From assembly GCF_009914755.1 (NCBI RefSeq), contig NC_060933.1: a DNA stretch of 64,000 bases. One strand, 5' to 3'. Of this stretch, positions 1 to 18,229 are shown piece by piece. The stretch comes from the human T2T-CHM13v2.0 reference genome, Homo sapiens. The translations under genes and the position numbers were made by a program. Each line of letters opens with the position of its first letter. The first letter of the stretch is position 1. The notes beneath the pieces were generated by a model. That model searched no databases. It saw only the letters and a program-made list of their open reading frames with translations, and was not told the DNA's origin.

Positions 1-3000
1 GGGTGCTAAGTCATGAGTTCTTCAATACAACCAGAAATTCCACACAGAGGGGAAAAAGCACATTCAAACTCCCCCAACTTCAAACAGCAGCTCAGCTGCT
101 TCTGGAGCCCAGGGTGAGCGAACACGATTCTGTCAATTTGTTCCATCTGTTCGACTTGTGGAGCTAACACAAGCTGTGGGATCCGCTGCCAGGTTGTGTA
201 AAGATCACAGCCAACACCTATTCACTCTCGACTGCTCTCTTCCTCTCTGCCACCCTTCCTCAGGAGAGGGGGTGGAGGAGAAGGAAGGGAAGGCGCTCGT
301 GTGCACGCAGGGAAATACCTCACAGGGTAAATTTGGATCCGATTGAGAACAGGAAGCCACAGGCCAATACAAGGAGGCTCTGTGAGAACAGATGACAAAC
401 CACAAGCCGGGGAGGGGGAGGAAAGAGCTTTCTGGGCCTGGGGGATGGGCGAGCCCGCCAGCACACCACACACAGCTGCGCTTGGCCTCAGTAATCAAAA
501 CCATCATTACAGACCTGACGGTTTGGCTGCAGCTGTAAAGAGATAAGCATGTTGGAAGAGAAAACAGGGCCCCGGTGACCCGGCCTTAGGGTCTGAGCGC
601 TGGCTGGTGCGCACGCTCTCCGGGACACCCCCCTCCCCCCACCCACCCTTGCCCCTCCCAGCCACCTCCCAAGTAGAGCTCCCAAGCCCCAGCAGCTCAG
701 GAAACCACAGCTTTTGAACAAGCTGTACATGTATGGGTTGGACACGGCTAGTAAGAAGGGAGAAGCGTTTATTTCATTTCGGGACATGCCTTGGATGATT
801 TCAAAGGCTTCAAAAAAAATCTGGTTGCGTTAGTGCTCAGAATGGTTAAGCTCTTGGGGTCTGAAGTGTGGGGAGGGAGGGGGAGCACAGGCCCCCTTCT
901 GTCTCTCTAAGAAGCGAAACCCTCCTTCTGACACTACTGGCTAGAGGAACAATTTGGGGATGACAGTGGGCTCGGTGGTGAAAGGAGTCTGTGTCAGGGT
1001 GAGCGTGGAGGGGAGACGGGACAGGAGACCACCGGGTGGGCCGTGCACCTCTCAGACAGACGGGTTTTCATAGGGAGGCATGCACACACAGGGTACTGAG
1101 CAGATGTTATTTTATTACTGAAAGCCCTTTCTTTCTGTTTTTGAAAAACAATAAACAGCAGAAGAAAAATTACTGCGCCTCCTTTCCCCTCAAAAAGGGA
1201 GGCCTCGTCTGTTTTCCTCGCTGTAACAATTTTCATGATGTCATGACGTGTCCTGGGCTTTAAGCCCCTCTCCCTTAACCAGCTAATCCTGAAGAGAGGC
1301 TCACACTTGGTGAGTGTGGGGTGGCGCTGGGCATCCCACGGCAACCAAGGGACAGCCCCGTTAGAGTTAATCACTCCGGCTTCACAGATGGAGGAACTGA
1401 GTCTTGGAAAGGGGAGACTGGAGGGGGCCACCCAGCAGGTGAGTGTTGGATGGAGCTCAAACCCAGGCAGCAAGTCACCAGAGGCAGCTGGAGCCACTCA
1501 CTGGCCTACAGTGCGGGGACACACCGTGGTACCCAAGGATGTGTCAAAGGCAGGAGTAAGACAAGCAGGTTCAACTCCAGCATCAATAACATCTGGTGGC
1601 AAACGGGGTCCCCAAAATCTGGGGGCGGTTTTATGATATTCACACACAAAGACTTCTGGGACACCCGAGGGTGAAACAAAGGAAGAAAGATCCTATCTGG
1701 GGAGGTCAGCCTTGCTGGAAACTCGATTCAACTCAGAATCCACACTGCTGGTCACTTAGGTGCCATTCACTCTACTGGGGGTTCAAAGATGAATACGAAA
1801 CAGTCATCGACTTTCTGGAACAGTTAAGTTCTTTCCCCATTACTACAGTATTTTCTGACTAATCACCAAAAAGCTCAAGTAACAAGGGGCTGGCCTAAGC
1901 ACATGTACAAGGTACGACCCTGGATACAAAACAAGGGATAAGGTTGGGTTTCCACTGCCCTTTAGCCAGTGCTTCATATTCCAATGCATGCACACTCTAG
2001 AAAATTGTGACTTTTTACTTATTTTACAGCAAACCTTAATATCTTAGCTAGAAGTTCTCCTCTTATGAATATTTTGTGTCAATAATTATTTTCTAATGTA
2101 AAGTTCTAGGCCAAAGGAATAACCCCAATTGCCCATTTTCCTTCAGCTATGGGACCCTAGAAGTAAAATGTTAATCAAAATTTTGTTTGCATAATCCAGT
2201 GTGAAATAAAAATGAACACATTTGTACATGACTCGAGGCATGGTTTTTATCTGACTCTGCCTTATTTGCATGTATGTTTTAAGATGTGACATGTGGGATA
2301 GTTTTGAAATTAACCATTATATAGTTTTAGGAGTAAAAAAAATCAAAGACAAACTATTGTAATGTCGATAAAGACCAATGAGATGACATAGTTTTAATGG
2401 GAATTCCATTAAAAACCAATGAGGCTCCCACCATTTAAAAGCCACACAAAAATGTCAGCAAGGAAAGCTGACTCAAGGATAATTGTTTCCTTGTAGAAAA
2501 TGTTCAAACACCACATCAACCATTCAACAGGCCTGAAAAACGTGTAGGCAGCAAAGGGCTCCAGTGTCTGGTCATTCTGTGTTGAGTGCTCTAGCGGACC
2601 CTGTAAGAGTCAGTCATGGAGTCCCAGGGCTGCCTGGGACCCTGATTGCTTAGCACCAATGGATCTCACTTGGTCTAGGTGTATGCTGTTCACACAGCAA
2701 TCAAAACATGATTCAAATGCACCTTAAAAAAAAAAACTCAACTCCAGCTGATTTACATCTATAAAGGAAGAAACGTATAGAGATGATCTACAATGCTCTA
2801 TAAAAAGGTTAACCCTTTGCACTGCCTCGAGACAATCCCCCTTTACCCCCTTCCCAATCCCTGCCTAACATGCCACATTGAGCCTCCAGAGCAATGGCCA
2901 AAGACACTGAAATACACTCTACAATAACCCTTCTCTGCTCACAGACTGGCAGGGCACAGCAGATCTCTTTGTCATTTGTGGCAAGTTATTTATATGTCTT

Positions 3001-3696
3001 TGGTCAATGGGGGGAAAATGAAAGCAGGGACTCTCTCCACTGTCTCTCTTTTAACTCATTATCCCAAAAACCATTGCTTTCTAAACTAAATGTGAAAAAT
3101 AAAACTTGGAACAAATTCACGTTCGTCTCAGGAGGGTGTTAATAAATAATAATCATGGCATGTTCTCTGTACCTTCCTCCAAAAGGAAAGTCAAATTGGG
3201 TGTACATGTAGACACAAAGTTCTGGTAAACACAAGTCAAGGCCAGAAGCTGTATGGAACCATCCTCTACCAACCTCAAGTTGTTGACCATTTCCTGCAAA
3301 CTCTCAGGGAAACTGGCTGCTGAGTCTTTACATACAAGTGTATTGACTTCAGACCAAAAAAGGCACTTACATCTGTGTTTAAACAAGCCTAATTAAGTGG
3401 GAAATTAAGACAATCATTTGGATAATCCAAGCCAAAAAATGTTGGGGGCCATAATGATTTGGTACTCCAGTAAAAGTGTTTTGCTTGAATTGGGTGGATA
3501 ATTATCCTGATTCTCTACTTGGCTTTGCATGTGTCAATGCAGAATAAATGAACAGATGTTCCTGGAATCACTGCATACATTTACGTGCAGTCGGTCAGGA
3601 GAAAATTTAGACTTTTTTTTCCCCTCCAGCTGATGAATATTTCCTAGAAACATTTCTAAGAGTGAAGAAGCCAATAAAGGCACTGTTATTTATTTA

Positions 3697-3985
3697 TTAT
3701 TTTTGGAGATGGAGTCTCGCTCTTGTCGCCCAGGCTGGAATGCAATGGCACAATCTAGGCTCACCGCAACCTCCACCTCCCAGGTTCAAGCGATTCTCCT
3801 GCCTCAGTTTCCTGAGTAGCTGGAATTACAGGCACCCACCAGCACGCCCAGCTAATTTTTGTATTTTTAGTAGAGAGCTGGTTTCACTAGTAGGCCAGGC
3901 TGGTCTCGAACTCCTGACCTCAGGTGATCTGCCCGCCTTGGCATCCCAAAGTGCTGGGATTACAGGCGTGAGCCACTGTGCCCCA
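3697..3985 (-). mobile_element. Alu (S family)
   Basis: Full-length reverse Alu in intron 15. Confidence 0.95.
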
Positions 3986-4094
3986 CCAAGAAAGGCATTT
4001 TAAAACAGAATTTAATTATTTATAAAATAATGTGAAATGTTACTAAGCATTTATAACTTTACTTCAAGTACCAAATCAAAAAATGGTCAAAATG

Positions 4095-4290
4095 AACCCA
4101 ACCGTAAACTATGGAGCCTGGGTAATAATGTGCAGGTTCATCAGCTGTAACAAATGCATCCCTCTGGTGCGGGATGTTTACAGTCGAGGGGGCTGTGTGT
4201 GGGTGAGGAAGGGGGATATGGGCCATCTCAGCACCTTCTGCTCAATTTTCCTGGGAACCTAAAACTGCTCTAAAAACAAAGTCAATTAGA
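4095..4290 (+). mobile_element. Old L1 (L1M-type) 3' end fragment
   Basis: Resembles an L1MB/MC 3' UTR (…ctgctcaattttc…aacctaaaactgctctaaaa). Confidence 0.7.
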
Positions 4291-4430
4291 AATAGATAAT
4301 TTTTAAAGAGATGGTCAAAATATGGAGTGTAAGACTATGTCCACTGCTTATCTAGCATCTCCTGGTGCAGTAAGCTATAATTTGGCAATCAGTCTGGAAA
4401 TCCCAGCCGCACTTTGATTTTATGTGGTCA

Positions 4431-5141
<711 letters not shown>

Positions 5142-5261
5142 TTAATACCTTGTTTTCACCACCACACTTAAACTGATTTATCTTGTAGGGGTTGTTCTCC
5201 CATAGGAAAAAGGATAAAATCATAGTAATCGCATTTTTATTTTGTTTTGTTTTATATATAA

Positions 5262-6130
<869 letters not shown>

Positions 6131-6349
6131 AAGTGGCAATAATCACATTTTTAAACAACCTCATTCATAAAAAGACTTGCTGCATAGAGGTTCACTCCCA
6201 TGGAAGATGACCTCATTAAAATGGCCCTATGCTCTAAAAGCATTGACTTTTGGAGGACTGAAATGTATCATACTTAAACGAAATTTTTTTTTTTTTAAGG
6301 AAAAAGAAGAAAAGTAGAAGCAATCTGATGAACTCCAAAGGTTCTGTTA

Positions 6350-6889
<540 letters not shown>

Positions 6890-7374
6890 TTACACAGCTC
6901 TGACTTAGGAGAGAAACATCACATTGCTGAATTCCAGAAACATCGCCTGGTTGATAACATCACCTGGTTCATCGCCTGGTGAACTAGATAAAAGTCAGTC
7001 TGAGGAGGCCACATGGAGGACTGATCCTAAATTTGGCTTTCAAAAGCAAGTTCCATGATGATGAATCCTTCAAAGCACAATTCCAAACAAAACCAAACCA
7101 CCATCAAAGGACTATATATTTTCTAGATGGGTGTTTTTCAATCTTGTTCTGCTCTAATGCAGAGATATGAAACATTCCTACAATCGGCAACATCAGTTCA
7201 TGATGGAAAAAGGGGTCATCGGAACCAGCATCTTGAGGGCTGTGAGACTGTTCAGCTGCGGCAGGGGAGAAGGAAGCCCAGGGACTCTGATGTCCCCCTA
7301 GGGAAGCAGCCTCTGTCCAATCTCTCCCCTACGTTCTCCACACCAGCACAAACCCCGTTACCCACATTCCTTTA

Positions 7375-7620
<246 letters not shown>

Positions 7621-8432
7621 TCAGAGGACTGCTTCGAAAATAAAGATGCTTTTAAACAATATTTTTCTTTCCCTTTCCTCTTGAAGCATTTGAAACCGTG
7701 ACAGATGTTAAGAGTTTCTTTTGCTACATCATCAAGAGCCTATTTGATAGGAATAGTCTTGACTGTTTCTGGGCCTTTCTATCTCTAATAATTCCATAAA
7801 CCGATAAGGCACAAACCTGGGAACTAAACTACTAACGTGTTGCTAGTAACCTAACCAAACCAAATCCACAAAGGCAGAACAGAGAGCACACTCGAGATAG
7901 AATTTAAAACAAACAGAAGCAGTTCCCTTCCAGAATGCTTCCAAGAGGTCACGCGACCCTGATTTTACAGTTAAACATTTTTATATAAAGTGGATCGAGT
8001 ATATCAAAATGTCCCCCTTTAAAACGTGAAATACAATTTCACACGTGTCCCCTGAGGTTTTAATAGGCACATTCCAAATTGCCTCTGGAGTAGCCTGTGG
8101 GGTGTGAGAGCAAGAAACATAAAAGGTCAAGGAGAGTTAAGCAGAAAGAAATTCCTGTGTGTGATTATAGTACGCAGAATAAATAAGTACAGATTCAAAA
8201 GTCACTCCATAACCTAGAATAAACACAGGGCTAAATTCTGCAGTGCGTTGGCAAATCTTCTGCTGACCTAGTAAAAATTACAAAATTGGGCTGTTAATAG
8301 GGGAAGCCAACAGAAGCCGGTGGAAGTCGACCCAGCTCGGAAGGGCACGGCAGAAGGGGCACCACAGAGAAAAGCACTGGCAATGCTGAGGAGCCAGGAA
8401 ATTGCCAGACATGGCTTTGAAAATAAAAAACG

Positions 8433-8815
<383 letters not shown>

Positions 8816-9398
8816 CTAGGGTGAGGAAAGAAAACCTGGCTATAACTGCCACCTAACACAATCCAGGGAGAACTTCCACAAAGGGCTTTGGATGGGAATT
8901 GTGAGTTTATGCTGAAGGTGAACCAGCAAGCCTGAGTTCCGGAGAGATGTCTTCCAATAATTAATTCCCTCTCAAGAGCGTTCTTCTAAAAACTACCTAA
9001 CCTCTTTCTTCTTGGTCTATCTTGAAAATCCTTCATCAACTGAAAAATATGAAGCATGTTAGCTTACCACTCTAATGTATTTAAGACCTGTCTGATAGAC
9101 CTACACAAATAAGCTCATCACCACTGTGACAAGAGAATTTACCTGAGAAAGAGAGAGATCTTTTAAAAAGAAAAGTCTAGTACTGTGCTGGGTGCTGGAG
9201 ACACAAAGATAAATAAGACAAAATCCTACTCTCAATTCTCACAGAGCCAGACCTATACACAAATGACAATCTCGAATGATGGATGGCGTCATGAAGGCAG
9301 GTGTCAGGCTGCAGAGCAGCTCAGTGGGGTGGAGGGGTGGTCAGTCAAGGCAGGCTTCCCGGGAGAGGCTTCAGCAGGGTTTATAAGATGAAAAAGAG

Positions 9399-9830
<432 letters not shown>

Positions 9831-11087
9831 CTATGAAGATCAGATCGTTCATACCTGATTCATAGCAAACAGGAGGTTCTCACTGCTCTTGACAGTATTA
9901 CCTGATAAAGTCCCCGAAGTGCGGTCAAGTCACCTGCCTGAGGTTATCCAGTAAATCAGATCAAACAAAGACTTGATGCCAAGCCCCTAGCTCAGCTGAG
10001 AACCGGGAGTTTTGTGAGATCTGGTCCCTTACTGAGAGGACGTCTGTGGACGGGGTTAGGACACCTGACCGTGAGACAGCAGGGGATGGCAGGAAGAACA
10101 GGTAGGATTCTAACGGAGATTTTCCAGATGTCATCCTGGGGGCCGAATCCTTTTAGCTTTTAAAATCAGTCATGTTTAGAATGGAGGAGTGGAATGTAGA
10201 GAAGAGACCCTGGGCATCCCAATTTGGACAGGTGTTCATGAGGATGAGGAGAGCAGAGGTTCGTGACACAGGGAGCCCCACGGGCACAGGCATGGGCACC
10301 AGCCGGCCTCATCGGTCAGAGAAGCCTGCTGGGCACCTTGCTCCGTGTCCATGACGGAAATGAAGGGATGAGGGAAGAACCCCAAGCAGCGTCCCATCTT
10401 ACTGACTTTCTCATAACCTACTACATGTATGGCGGAGTATTTTCTCAGTGCCAGGTCCCCAGGTGTACACCAAAATAGTAAAACAACCAGCAAGGGCTGC
10501 TCAGAAAGCAAGAAGGGTTGTCGCAAAGGCAAGAGAGTGTAAGTAAACCAGAGAAGATGATGGGGATGATACTGCAACTGTGAATCAATTCTAGTTATTG
10601 TACTCATAGGAAATGCCCCATCCCCTCAAAGCAGCTAAGGCTGGGACACATGCAGAGGAGGTTCCACTTGAACCCTCCTAGACCAGACAGAACAACAAGG
10701 GGTTCTGTTCTGTGAGTTTTCATTGAAGAATAAACACTACTGGGCTACCAGCAAGCCCTAGTTAATTACAAAGAATTACAGCTGATGCCAGTGATTTCTG
10801 GTGTAGAGATGGCATTTAGGCAGATGGATAAAGGCTGATGAGGTTTAAGACAGTTTCCTTGTGGAAAAAAATATCTAATTATTTGGTCAGGCTACAAAAT
10901 TGGAGGAGTTTTATATGGAAAATTCTGAAGGTAACGCAGGTTTACTATTGGACAGAACCGCCTTGGGTCACTCCCTTTTGATGTTTAATCTGTAGCATCT
11001 TGCAAATATAAACACAACTGAACACCCAGAGTCAAACCTGATACTGTTCATCAATGGAAAGAGAAGCTACATAATGGCCAATTTTGA

Positions 11088-11476
<389 letters not shown>

Positions 11477-11652
11477 GAAGCACTCCTTTTTTCTTTTGAC
11501 AGAGAATTAACCAGTGTCATGAGGAGGTATTCTTCAGTAAGATGAGGACTCTTGGAAGCTATAGTTGCAATTTTCTACAGTGATACTGTGGTGCTTTGAA
11601 ACAGAAACACAAAAACCAACAGTACTCATTTTTGTCTCTGTAAGGTGCTTAC

Positions 11653-11784
11653 CTTGGGAGAATTTAGCGCACTGGATTTTCTACAAGGCTACTCCTCGTA
11701 AGGAAACCTCATGTAGCTTTTCAGACCACCACACCACAGGGTATCATTAAAGGAGAGTCGGCCTCGATGAGCCATCAGTATGTA
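11653..11784 (-). CDS. PTCH1: PTCH1 alternative exon 12b, 132 nt, with in-frame stop (YILMAHRGRLSFNDTLWCGGLKSYMRFPYEE*)
   Basis: Pyrimidine tract of ~110 nt then CTTAG|TAC acceptor. Donor AAG|GTAAGC. TAG at 11691-11689 is in frame with exon 12. Fits the described stop-containing exon 12b. Confidence 0.8.
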
Positions 11785-13662
11785 CTAAGAGAGGAGAGGA
11801 GAGAATGAGAGAGAAAAGAAGAAAAGAAGGAGTATGAGCAGATACAGAAAGACAGTGAGCAAAAAGGCAAGCAGAAAAGAAGGGGAGAGGAGAGAGAATG
11901 GGCAGACAGGGTCCCATGACTAAAAGACTCTAGAACAGTTTCTCAATACCAGCACCGGCTGCACGTGAAATGAGACTGGGGTACCACAGGGTGCTGAGCA
12001 GACACACACCTGCGCACAAAGGCATTCTACAACTTCAGCTGCACTGCGAGTCTGGTTCACCTTTCATGCCACTGAGCAATCAGAGAGAGTTTCCTTGTCC
12101 TGTGCTTTGGTTCGAGCATCAGATCTGAACGTTATTCATTGATTCACTATTTTTACTTCTATATAAATTTATAATATAAATAAACCCTGTTTTCTTTTCT
12201 TTTTATGTTTCTTTTGGGGCTGGCGGTTACGGTAATTGGCATAGAATCTTTTCTCCAGCTGTGCCTCACACTAAATACTAAAGATGCCTCCATTCCCAAA
12301 CCCAGTAGGATCAGTAGTTGCCCAGGCCTCTTGGTTACTAGCGAAATGACATTCAAATACGTGATTGATTGGTTCCTCTTACATGACAAATGGAAAGACT
12401 AGGAAAGAGCTAAACATATTGACAAAATATAAACAGAAACCAGATGCAAGACTGGTCAATTTCTCTTCCTGCTCGCATCTGCAGGAACTCTTGGTGAGTA
12501 GAGTAAAGCTGTGTGAGTGTGCCGGGCATCCTAACAACAAGTGAAAAAGTGACACAGAAGTCATTTCCTTTAACAACCTGGCCAGCTTGAGAATTAGACA
12601 TCATATCATCACAGAGAAAGAAAGGGGAAACAATTGAGGTTTTGAAATTTGAAATTAATTCACAAAACCCCCACAACATCTTGAGATATCAAAACTCCAG
12701 GCCACTTTGCGCTCAGGAAGACCATGGCACAAACTGGTGAAGTCTCTGCTTTACTGGCTGCAGTAACTAATTTTAGGATTCCTATGAATTTCAGGTAGCT
12801 CAAGGGCAACGTCAGTAATTTACTCCAGGCGCAGAACGGACTACAGCTCTATCCCCATCCCAGGGAACTGTCCATGCTTACAATTCACAGAAGCTGAGTC
12901 TGGATTAGAAAATACCCTGACGGCCTCTGGGGGTGACGGGGCCTGGTCTGGAAGGAGAGGACAAGTCACGAGGGGCCCACGTGCTCTGCATGGGAAGGTG
13001 AGAGGGATCATGAGTCTGCTTGGGCAGCCTGAGAGGGGAGCAGGGGACCAAAAGGAAAGAGAAGAGGGGACAGGAAAGATTGTGGCGGCCAACTTAGGAA
13101 AGGGAGGTGGAAAGAAAGGGCCCACCGAGGCGGACCCTGCAGGAAATTCTCCACAGAGCCTCGCCAGTTCGCGGTCCTGCAGTGCCGTCTGACATGCGAC
13201 CTCAGCTTAATACTGTCTTGGGTTGGGGGTGCTTTGGCAAAAGCGAAAGAAAAGGTAGCCTGTTTGGGATCAAGTGGGCAGCGGGAGAGGGGGTAAGTGC
13301 AGGTACTGGGAGTGGTGTTTGGAAGCAGGGGATGGCCCAGAAGCTGGCTGCAGCGCTGGTGACCCCAGAGGGCAACATGGAGTAGCCCCGAAAGCCATGC
13401 ATAAAGGACATGGCCACTCTATAAGGCAACAGACGTCTGGGCTTCATAGGGCTAGAAAGGAAGGAAAAACTCCAGAAGGGCTTAGTTTTTTAGAGGGAGT
13501 GTCAGGGTTATAAGCTTAAAGCAGCATCCACCCAGTTAAACAGAGCCTCAAACACAGGCATTTCTATTTCACTTCATAAGTAACTGAAGTGCCTTAGCAG
13601 AGACCGCAGACATGGGATGCTGGAAGTCAGTGCCCCGTTCAGGATCACCACAGCCTTCATCA

Positions 13663-13944
<282 letters not shown>

Positions 13945-14399
13945 TTACCCCCTAACACCAGCATTATTCAGTACCATCTACAGAGTCATCAATTCTTCAT
14001 GGTTATTACCATCCAGAGAAGAAAGCTGCAAGATAATGACTTAACGCTTAAGTATAATTTTAAAAGGGAGTGGAGGGAGGTGATGGCTAAGTGACAGACA
14101 TCTCCAGAGAAGCAAATGCAGGCTCTGGGAATGTATGGCAGTTAGGGATAAAGTGTCACATTAAAACAAACACCCGTATTCCTAAAGGCACCCGAGATGC
14201 AGCTCTTGGGACTTCTCATAGCAAATACATGTCCTGAGAGTCTTCCAGCTTATTTCATTGACTGGCAGCCAGTGACACATCATCTGACATGGGACTGAAA
14301 TCTTTACTGGGTCAGACTGAGGAAAATTAAAGGACAAATACTTAGGAACAGAGGAAGCTGTGATGTCCCCAAAGCTCTCTTCTTTTGTTTTTGCATTAC

Positions 14400-14498
14400 C
14401 TCAAAAGGGATTCTTTTATTCTGTCCTGTTTCACTGAAGGCGTGGGCCAGAAGAAAAACATCATCCACACCAACACCAAGAGCGAGAAATGGCAAAAC
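14400..14498 (-). CDS. PTCH1: PTCH1 exon 11 ([17 protein letters not shown]...IPFE), 99 nt; RND-type GxxxDD motif in TM4
   Basis: Acceptor GTAG|GTT, donor GAG|GTAATG. ORF 14304..14495. Confidence 0.98.
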
Positions 14499-14759
14499 CT
14501 ACAGCAAAAACAGAGGATGGTGGCATTAGACATGCGAGATGCAATTCACATGATTCTAAAGCTAGTTAGGACTCTGCCACCAGCACCTAACAGCTCCTGA
14601 AGCAGGGCTTCCGTAACCTCATGGTGAAGAATTCACTTGACGTCCCAAAGCCTAGCCATTTCAGCTCACAGGAGATCCTGCACGTTTCTACTTCGAAAGT
14701 CAGTGTACTATCATTTTTTAAGCTAGTAAATGAGAAGGAATCCAACTCATTTAAGCAAT

Positions 14760-14932
14760 GATTGGCAGAGTGTGGCCCATGGACCAGCATCACTGGGAAT
14801 TGCCCTGAAGTGCACATTCTCAGCCCCGGCCCCAGACTTACTGAGAAACTCTGGGGGTGGGGCCTGGCAATCGGAGCTTTCACAAGCCCTGCAAGCCATG
14901 CAAATGCCCACCAGAGCTGAAGAGCCACAACC
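14760..14932. mobile_element. MER5A-like hAT DNA transposon fragment
   Basis: Motifs ggaccagcatcactggga…cccagacttactga…gaaactctgggggtggggcc. Confidence 0.75.
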
Positions 14933-15028
14933 CTGGTCAATGACATACATTCCTATCAGCCAAGTGTCTCTACTAACCAATAAGCCCAACAGACTTCCTA
15001 CCCACTTCCCTGAGGGCGGACAGCATCA

Positions 15029-15472
<444 letters not shown>

Positions 15473-15611
15473 TCAAGGGCGTCACATAAAATGACAGGAG
15501 TCAAAGGTAGGCAAACGGCAAATGGGAAAAATGCTTTACACGACCACTTTTAAACCACTGTGAAGCCACGCTCTCTCTGTCCTGGATGCACATCGATGTT
15601 AAGAGCAGTTA

Positions 15612-15833
<222 letters not shown>

Positions 15834-16574
15834 TCACAACAGAATGCGAAATGCCCAAATGCAATGAACACTTCCACAAGCCTCGACAGCACAGATCTCA
15901 GGTGACACAGCGCAGCCCTTCTTTTTTTCTGATGCATTTTTTAAAAAAGTTCTACGTGATTCCAGGGCAGGGAGAGAAGCTGAAGTTGGGCTAACATTAA
16001 AGAACCCTGTTTTAGGACAAGGGCCATGGCTAATCAGTGGCAGTGGGTGCTGCTGAGGGCTGGTGTCGCTGGAGTTCACTCTGAGTGCTGTATTTACTCC
16101 AGGGCTGAGACTGCTCGTCTCTTCTCCGTTAACTTCACAATTGACTTGCGGTCCCATCGGCTCCCCACTAATCCAAAACAACTCATTCTTATGGCCCTCC
16201 TCCCCCTGTTCATTTGCTGGCCACTTTTAAAAGGTCACATGCAGCTCAGTAGAGGTCACTGCTTGGGAAACAAAGGCCAGCTCCTGTCACATGACCTGAC
16301 CAAGGGGCCTGCAGCTGTGAACAGATTCTATGCCTTGCTAATGTTTTCCAGACACCTTTGCTAACCAAGTGTTTTTTTAAACACTGTTATGTGCTTTAGT
16401 TCTGGAATTCACAACTGGTTACTAAACATGTCTCAGGGCACCCCAATTAGAACTAGTCTTTTAGATATTATCCCAGGATTTTCAATATCAAAGAAGAGGA
16501 AAAAAGTTTTCATCCCATCAAGTTCCCAGAATTGCAATGTTTTGAAAATAAAGCGAATGGAAAGAAATGTTTTA

Positions 16575-16940
<366 letters not shown>

Positions 16941-17608
16941 TTATTTTATTTAATAGATTGATGTACCATATTAAAGGTATAACCTTACAAACCTTTTACA
17001 GATATACCCCAAAATTAAATTAATAGGCAATTTCCTTTCACAGTTTCCATTCCATGAAACAGGAAGGGGAGAGGAGCAGATAGCTTGAACAGATACACCG
17101 GGCTCAGTGACGCATACTTGCTGTGCAGAAATCCCAGACGGTGGCGTTCCCAAGGGAGAAATCTTACACGAAACGCCAGACACCTGACTGACCAGAGTCC
17201 ACAAGTGCACAAAGGATAATTCTTATTGAGCCGCTGGCTCTCCATCTTTTGCTAACAGTCTATGACACTGTGCAGCTCGCACCACCAACTCTCTCTGACC
17301 AGTGTGTCCCGGCCTACTTTACACCTGCTCCCATTCTCTACCTAATGGGCAGATCTCCTTAAACCCTATAGTCAGGAACTATGGTCCTGATGAAAACTAC
17401 AAATCCATTCTTGAAAAATTCCCCACAAGGTGCTTTTTCAAGCTGTTGCAGTCTGCTACTATTTCTTAATATTCTATGACGCCACCTGGCTAGCGAGGAT
17501 AACGGTTTAAGTATTAATACAAATACACTTGCCGATGTCAGGAGGGAAGTGGCTTTTGAGGAAAGGAAGAAGACTACAGGGCATAGATTGTCCTCGGGAG
17601 CTGGCTTA

Positions 17609-17731
<123 letters not shown>

Positions 17732-18030
17732 CTAAAATAAAAAGACAGCCACATAATTATGGGAATTAGTAGGCAGGTCACATGCCTTGTTAAAATCCAG
17801 TGCATTAAGGGCTTGTGTGTTTCAGAGAGAACATTAATAGCAAGGCTAATGGGAGGTGTATGGCAAATCTTACAGCAAAATTTAGCTCTATAAATAAACT
17901 TAGTTCCATAGACAAAGACGATCATGGAGAATGAAATGTTAAAAATGAAAATAATAAAGTGAACGATGAATGGACACAAAAAAGTGTTTTGCTCTCCACC
18001 CTTCTGAGAGCGCTCACTGCTGGTACTCAC

Positions 18031-18229
18031 TTTGGTTGAATTTTTGTTGGGGGCTGTGGCGGGGCAGTCTGGATCGGCCGGATTGAGGCAGGGGCGGTCC
18101 ATGTAACCATGACCAACCTCAGCCTTATTCAGCATTTCCTCCCAGCTGTCCACTTGATAGTTTATTTTCTTTAACTCTTCCAGGAATTCCAAAGGGTCGA
18201 AGTTTGTCCACCGCAAAGGAGGTTTACCT
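18031..18229 (-). CDS. PTCH1: PTCH1 exon 6 ([15 protein letters not shown]...NKNSTK), 199 nt
   Basis: Acceptor TGCAG|AGG, donor AAA|GTGAGT. ORF 17707..18258. Confidence 0.98.

Noticed and set aside
1426-1434. GLI-like GGCCACCCA
   Set aside because: One mismatch and lies in a MIR-like relic. Weak without binding data.
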